Assembly (NCBI GenBank): GCA_041695225.1
Contig: JBGFRI010000017.1
Span: 1 to 11,013, forward strand
Length of the DNA stretch: 11,013 nucleotides
Origin: Deinococcota bacterium
GTDB taxonomy: Bacteria; Deinococcota; Deinococci; Deinococcales; Thermaceae
Direction: 5' to 3'
The notes under the pieces were generated by a model, which had not been told where the DNA came from, did no database searches, and saw only the letters and a list, made by a program, of their open reading frames with translations. Positions 6,490 through 11,013 of this stretch are shown piece by piece (within the stretch, counting starts at the first letter, position 1; every line of letters begins with the position of its first letter). A program made the position numbers and the translations under genes.

Positions 6490-9147
6490 CTACTCGTTGG
6501 TCCGGGCCATCACTTCTTCCAGCGAGGTGAGGCCCACAAAGGCTTTCTGGATCCCGTCCTCCCGAAGGGTCTTCATACCATTTCTTCGGGCGATTTCTTT
6601 GATCTGGGTGGCCGACTGCCCTTCCACAATTGCCCGGCGGATCTCGTCATCTAGAACCATTAGCTCGTGGATGGCAGCACGCCCCCGGTAGCCCGAGCCG
6701 TTGCACTTGTCGCAGCCGGTGCCTTTGAACAGGCTCTTGCCGCGCACATCTTCCTTGGACAGTTCCAGGCGACGCAGTACGTTGGGGTCGGCTTCAACCT
6801 GGATCTTGCAGCTTTCACAAATCTTGCGTACCAGCCGCTGGGCCAGCACTCCCACCAGGGCAGCCGAGATGTTGAAGAGTTCTACCCCCATCTCGTCAAG
6901 GCGAGTGATCGCCCCCGCTGCATCGTTGGTGTGAAGGGTAGCGATAACCAGGTGTCCGGTTAAGGCAGCCTCGGTAGCAATTTTGGCAGTCTCCGAGTCG
7001 CGGATCTCCCCGACCATGATAATGTCTGGGTCCTGGCGCAAAAAGCTGCGCAGGGCCTTGGCAAAGGTCAGGCCCGCTACCGGGTTGACCTGGGTCTGGT
7101 TTATACCAGGAATCTCGTATTCTACCGGGTCTTCAATGGTGGTGGTGTTTTTGTCTGGGGTGGCAATGCGCTTGAGGATACTAAAGGTGGTGAAGGACTT
7201 GCCCGAGCCAGTGGGGCCAGTGATCAAAAAGATGCCATAGGGCTTGGCAATCACGTCCTCGAAGCGCTGGAAGACGTCCTGGGCAAAGCCCAGTTGCTCA
7301 ATCTCGGGAATGTCGGCCGCCCTGCGCAACAAGCGCATAACAATTTTTTCGCCATACACGGTGGGCAGGGTAGAGAGGCGCAGGTCCAGGTCAATCGAGC
7401 GGTCGCGGAAGCGCACCCGTCCGTCCTGCGGCAGGCGCCGCTCGGCGATGTCGAGGTTGGCCATAATCTTTACCCTCGAGGCCACCGCTGGGCCAGCCCC
7501 CTTGGGCAGGCGCATGTACTCGCGCAGGTTGCCATCAATCCGGATCCGCACCAGAATCTCGGTCTGGCGTGGCTCAATGTGGATATCGGAGGCTTCCTGC
7601 AAAAAAGCCTCTCGGATGATGCTGTTGACCAGTCTGACCACCGCATTGTCGTCCAGGGCGCTGGTATCCACAGCCTCATCGTCTTTTTTCTTGCTCTCAA
7701 ACTCTCGGGCCAGCTCCTCTACCCCGCTTGAGCCGCCATAAAACCGTTCGATCAGCTTGGAGATGGAAGCCTCCGCCGAAACCGCCGGCATCACGTCGCG
7801 TTTGGTGATCATGCGCAGATCGTCAATGGCCAGGATATTACGGGGGTCTTTCATCAAGACCACCAGGGTATTACCCTCCAGGTGGTGTGGGAAAATGGTA
7901 TAGCGCCGGACCGTAGACTCTGGCACCATGGTCAGCACCGAGGGGTCGGGGGGAGAGTCGGAAGGGTCGATGTAAGGGTAGCCAAGCTGTGCGGCCAGGC
8001 TCTTGGCCAGCATCTCCGGCTTGATCTTGCCCGACTGCACCAGGGTATCTTCCAGGCGGCCGCCGCCCTGCCTTTGTTTGGAAAGGGCCTCTTCCACATC
8101 CAGGGCACCCACATACCCCAGCTCCACCAGCACCTCGCCCAGTGGACGGGTCTTACCCATGCGGCGCTGTACCGAGAGGGCATCTTGCAAGGCTGCACGG
8201 GCCAGCTTGCCTTCTTGTACCAGGGCCTCGCCCAGGCGGCTTTTTTCGGGGTAAGCCTTGCTAAACAATAGCTCCCACATCTTGGGCTGGGTCAGGATAA
8301 ATTTGGTGGGGCGCTCGACCAGTTGGGCTACCGCGTGGCGGTGGCGAGGGTCGGCCAGGACAATTAACACCTGCTGACCGTCCTGTCGGATGGGCACGGC
8401 CTGGTAGCGCAGGGCATCTGGGCGTAGCAAGAGGGCTGTCACCTCGTTTTGCATCTCGAGGTTGCTCAGGTCAGTTTTGAACTCCAGCCCGGCCTGATCG
8501 GCCAGGGCCTGATAGAGCTTTTCTTCGGTTAGGCCAAATTTGTGGACAAGCAGGCGGCCCAGCAGCTCGCCAGTTTTTTCCTGCTCCACCAGCGCTACCG
8601 CCAGGTCTTCGCGCCTCAGCCACCCCTGGTTGACCAGGATTTCGCCCAACTGCATCTCGCCGGGTGAAGCAGCCGAGGGCGGTGGGGGTACAGGCAGGCC
8701 CAACTCGGGGTAGTGCAGGGCCAGCGCATAGCGGAAGGAAGACTGCGTAGTCAGGTAGGGCTCGATAATCTGATTGGTGAGGTCTTCGAGTTCCTCCAGT
8801 ACCAGGTTGTCCAGCGGGTTCAGGAGGGCTACCCGCAGTGTTCCCCCCTCTACACTAAAAGGAATGGCCCCAAGGTCTCTGGCTCGCTCGGCAGGGATCA
8901 GCGACTGTGCTTCGGGGGCGATCTCGAGGCCCACCAGCTCCACCAGCGGAACCCCAAAGGTCTCTTCGATGGCCTGGGCGATGCGCCGTTCGGAGAGCAG
9001 CCCCAATTCCACGATAATCTCGGAAAGGTTGCCCCCCACCTCGCGGTGTTGCTCCAGCGCCCGCTGGAGCTCTTCGTCGCCCACTAAGCCCATATCTAAC
9101 AGGGCTGCGCCCAATCGTTTATCCCCAATGGTCAAGACGTTCGCCAT
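6490..9147 (-). CDS. pilB: Type IV pilus assembly ATPase PilB (Thermus PilF type) with three GSPII/MshEN N-terminal domains
   Basis: ASDIHIEP, Walker A GPTGSGKS, TIEDPVE, LRQDPDIIMVGEIRD, His box TGHLV..TLH and a tetracysteine CESC...CDKC. ATG 9147 follows AGGAGG, so it is preferred over 9177. Confidence 0.95.
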   Translation of the reverse strand: MANVLTIGDKRLGAALLDMGLVGDEELQRALEQHREVGGNLSEIIVELGLLSERRIAQAIEETFGVPLVELVGLEIAPEAQSLIPAERARDLGAIPFSVEGGTLRVALLNPLDNLVLEELEDLTNQIIEPYLTTQSSFRYALALHYPELGLPVPPPPSAASPGEMQLGEILVNQGWLRREDLAVALVEQEKTGELLGRLLVHKFGLTEEKLYQALADQAGLEFKTDLSNLEMQNEVTALLLRPDALRYQAVPIRQDGQQVLIVLADPRHRHAVAQLVERPTKFILTQPKMWELLFSKAYPEKSRLGEALVQEGKLARAALQDALSVQRRMGKTRPLGEVLVELGYVGALDVEEALSKQRQGGGRLEDTLVQSGKIKPEMLAKSLAAQLGYPYIDPSDSPPDPSVLTMVPESTVRRYTIFPHHLEGNTLVVLMKDPRNILAIDDLRMITKRDVMPAVSAEASISKLIERFYGGSSGVEELAREFESKKKDDEAVDTSALDDNAVVRLVNSIIREAFLQEASDIHIEPRQTEILVRIRIDGNLREYMRLPKGAGPAVASRVKIMANLDIAERRLPQDGRVRFRDRSIDLDLRLSTLPTVYGEKIVMRLLRRAADIPEIEQLGFAQDVFQRFEDVIAKPYGIFLITGPTGSGKSFTTFSILKRIATPDKNTTTIEDPVEYEIPGINQTQVNPVAGLTFAKALRSFLRQDPDIIMVGEIRDSETAKIATEAALTGHLVIATLHTNDAAGAITRLDEMGVELFNISAALVGVLAQRLVRKICESCKIQVEADPNVLRRLELSKEDVRGKSLFKGTGCDKCNGSGYRGRAAIHELMVLDDEIRRAIVEGQSATQIKEIARRNGMKTLREDGIQKAFVGLTSLEEVMARTNE

Positions 9148-9192
9148 TCGACCTGTCCTCCTATGCGAAGCTGGCACTTCCAGGCACTGCCC

Positions 9193-9303
9193 CTAGGCGA
9201 GTCGCTTACGCGATTCCGGCAAAGCCGTAACCTCGGTCTGCCCGCAGAAAACAACGGGCCTGGCTTCACTTTTTCTTTTGATACAACGGGTGACGCAGGC
9301 CAT
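9193..9303 (-). CDS. Possible 36-aa small ORF upstream of pilB
   Basis: AAGGAGG 10 nt before ATG 9303 (MACVTRCIKRKSEARPVVFCGQT...). It terminates within mini-element copy 3. No recognisable homology. Confidence 0.25.
   Translation of the reverse strand: MACVTRCIKRKSEARPVVFCGQTEVTALPESRKRLA
9194..9233 (-). mobile_element. Mini-element copy 3 (reverse orientation), 46 bp upstream of pilB
   Basis: Reverse complement is identical to 40 of the 41 bases of copy 1. Confidence 0.85.
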
Positions 9304-9408
9304 GGCTTCGCTTCCTCCTTAGTCTTTGCTTATTCTGGGCTCTTGGCGGTATTCTTTTGGGTCAAATTCCACTCTGGCTCCTGCCACCAGGCCAAAGCCA
9401 GATTACCG

Positions 9409-9540
9409 CATAGATTAATCATCCACACGCTCGGCTACTCCATCACCGAATCCATAGATTAATCATCCACACGCTCGGCCACTCCATCACCCAGTCCATA
9501 GATTAATCATCCATATGCTCGTTCACTCCTTCACCCAGTC
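9409..9540. repeat. Three 44-bp tandem repeats, each containing the palindrome GATTAATC
   Basis: Units start at 9409, 9453 and 9497 (CATAGATTAATCATCCA...). The third includes the last codons and stop of the HAD gene. Confidence 0.92.
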
Positions 9541-10005
9541 TATTACCCAGCGCTCGAGTTTTCGCACCAGCCGGGTGTAACCCAATTCCTTCTTAGACAG
9601 AGGCGGAACCAGCACCGTATAGGCCCCGATCAGGTTGCCTCCCAGCACGTCGGTAAAGAGCTGGTCGCCCACCACCGCAACCTTGCGGGGGGTCAGGCCC
9701 AGTCGCCGCAGGGCTTTACGAAAGCCAAACCAGGGCTTGCCCGCCGGGCCAAAACCGGGAATCTCGAGTTTTTCGCGCCAGTAGCGAACCCGGCGGCGGC
9801 TGCCATTGGAGACTAGCATGACCTGAAAGCCAGCCTCCTTCAGGGTCTTTAGCCATTCCACCAGGTCCTCGGGGGCCTCACCATAGCTCTTGTAGGGGAT
9901 TAGGGTATTGTCCAGATCAAGCAAAACCGCTTTTAACCCCCTTTCGCCAAGCCACTGGGGCGTGATGGAGGTTACCGATTTTAGCCTGGCCTTTGGCTTC
10001 AGCAC
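9523..10005 (-). CDS. yqeG: YqeG-family HAD IIIA phosphatase
   Basis: DLDNTL, VSN, KP and VGDQLFTDVLGGN motifs. A -10 TACACT lies 6 nt before the GTG. Confidence 0.88.
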   Translation of the reverse strand: MLKPKARLKSVTSITPQWLGERGLKAVLLDLDNTLIPYKSYGEAPEDLVEWLKTLKEAGFQVMLVSNGSRRRVRYWREKLEIPGFGPAGKPWFGFRKALRRLGLTPRKVAVVGDQLFTDVLGGNLIGAYTVLVPPLSKKELGYTRLVRKLERWVIDWVKE

Positions 10006-10125
10006 CCCAATAGTGTAACGAAAACCTGGCTAAGACTACAGATTATCTAGAAGCCGGCTTGGAAGACACCCTGCCAGGCGCCCCAAAAACTTGCATCAAA
10101 CGGCCAGAGTTTGCCCTTCAGGACT

Positions 10126-10854
10126 CTACTGGCCAGACAGCATGATCAAGGCCCACATGCGCCCGGTCTGGCCCTGGTCGCGCCGGTGCGAAAAGAACAC
10201 TTGGTCGGCATAGGTGCAGCGCCCCAGCGCCCAGTAGTGCTCCAGAGCAATTCCGCCCTGGAGAGCCTGTGCCCGAATGGCCCGCTCCAGGTCCAGCAGG
10301 TACTTGCCAGGATGGCCCGGGTCGGGGTGGTAAAAAGGCAGCCCGGCCTGCTCAAACCGCTGAGCTACTTCCGTCCCGACCTGAAAATGAGGGCCGCTAA
10401 TGCCGGGGCCAACCGCAAGGCGCACCTCTTCAAGACGGCTGGCAAAATGAGCCCTCATCAATTCCAGGGCTCTGGGCAAAATGCCTGCAACCACTCCTCG
10501 CCAACCTGCGTGCAATGCCCCCACCACTCCCTTTGCCGGGTCGTGTAGCAGAATAGGATAACAGTCGGCCACGCCGACCCGGAGCAAAAGCCCGCGAGTA
10601 GCCGTAAGCAGGCCATCACCACGCCACTCCCCCGGCTCCTGCACCAGGTGTACGGTACTGCCGTGCACCTGACTTAATTGCGCCAGGGGTGGGTCACCAA
10701 AAGCCGCCAGTACCCGCCGACGGTTTTCGAGCACATTCTCGGGCCTATCGGCAGTAGACAACCCCAGGTTAAGACTGTTGTAGGGGGCCGGTGAAACACC
10801 CCCCTCACGGGTGGTGAAGCCGTGAGGAACCTGTACTAGCGGGCTGGTCAACAC
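10126..10854 (-). CDS. pgeF: PgeF/YfiH family protein (peptidoglycan editing factor / purine nucleoside phosphorylase)
   Basis: HGFTTREGGVS, SLNLG, QVHG, ADCYPILL, HAGWRG, GPGI and FFSHRR motifs. A -10 TAAGCT lies 7 nt before the GTG. Confidence 0.92.
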   Translation of the reverse strand: MLTSPLVQVPHGFTTREGGVSPAPYNSLNLGLSTADRPENVLENRRRVLAAFGDPPLAQLSQVHGSTVHLVQEPGEWRGDGLLTATRGLLLRVGVADCYPILLHDPAKGVVGALHAGWRGVVAGILPRALELMRAHFASRLEEVRLAVGPGISGPHFQVGTEVAQRFEQAGLPFYHPDPGHPGKYLLDLERAIRAQALQGGIALEHYWALGRCTYADQVFFSHRRDQGQTGRMWALIMLSGQ

Positions 10855-10894
10855 ACCCTCGAGCTTACCCCAAGCCTCTACCAGAAACTAACCC

Positions 10895-11013
10895 TGAGGT
10901 GGACCCCTCTGTCAAGACAGAATTCTGGCCTGGTCTAAGCGACACTCCCTCCCTTCCATTAGTATTGCATGAGGCTTGGTTTGGACGTTCTGGATGACCG
11001 GCTGGGTTGAACC
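10895..11013 (-). mobile_element. Right end of a second copy of the same IS3-like element, inverted (partial)
   Basis: Begins TGAGGTGGACCCCTCTGTCAAGACAG and is the exact reverse complement of 2..120. Confidence 0.7.

Noticed and set aside
6460..9462. Plus-strand ORFs over pilB and 9163..9462
   Set aside because: Antisense shadows. The last runs through a mini-element and tandem repeats.
9409..9540. CRISPR mini-array
   Set aside because: The would-be spacers are near-identical to each other and to the yqeG 3' end, so this is a tandem duplication. No cas genes are present.
10111..10548. ORFs overlapping pgeF
   Set aside because: Antisense or alternative-frame shadows of a well-conserved gene.

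Overview
GC-rich bacterial segment, most likely Thermaceae (Meiothermus/Thermus-like). This is inferred from the PilF-type pilus ATPase, many leaderless TANNNT-N6-ATG promoters and the HspR-type clpB operator. Both window ends are the same 120-bp terminus of an IS3-like element in inverted orientation. The left copy cuts into a GGDEF gene and the right copy sits 40 bp upstream of pgeF. Housekeeping genes are on the minus strand: pgeF, a yqeG-like HAD phosphatase, pilB/pilF, clpB and trxC. Between pilB and clpB is a 2.5-kb array of four type II toxin-antitoxin modules (VapBC, two ParE/RelE-like pairs, BrnTA). The array carries three 45-bp brnA 3' tails that begin exactly at CTCGAG, a hexamer strongly over-represented here. 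A ~41-bp structured mini-element occurs three times and has inserted without target duplication into two TA genes, disrupting them. Three 44-bp tandem repeats lie upstream of pilB.
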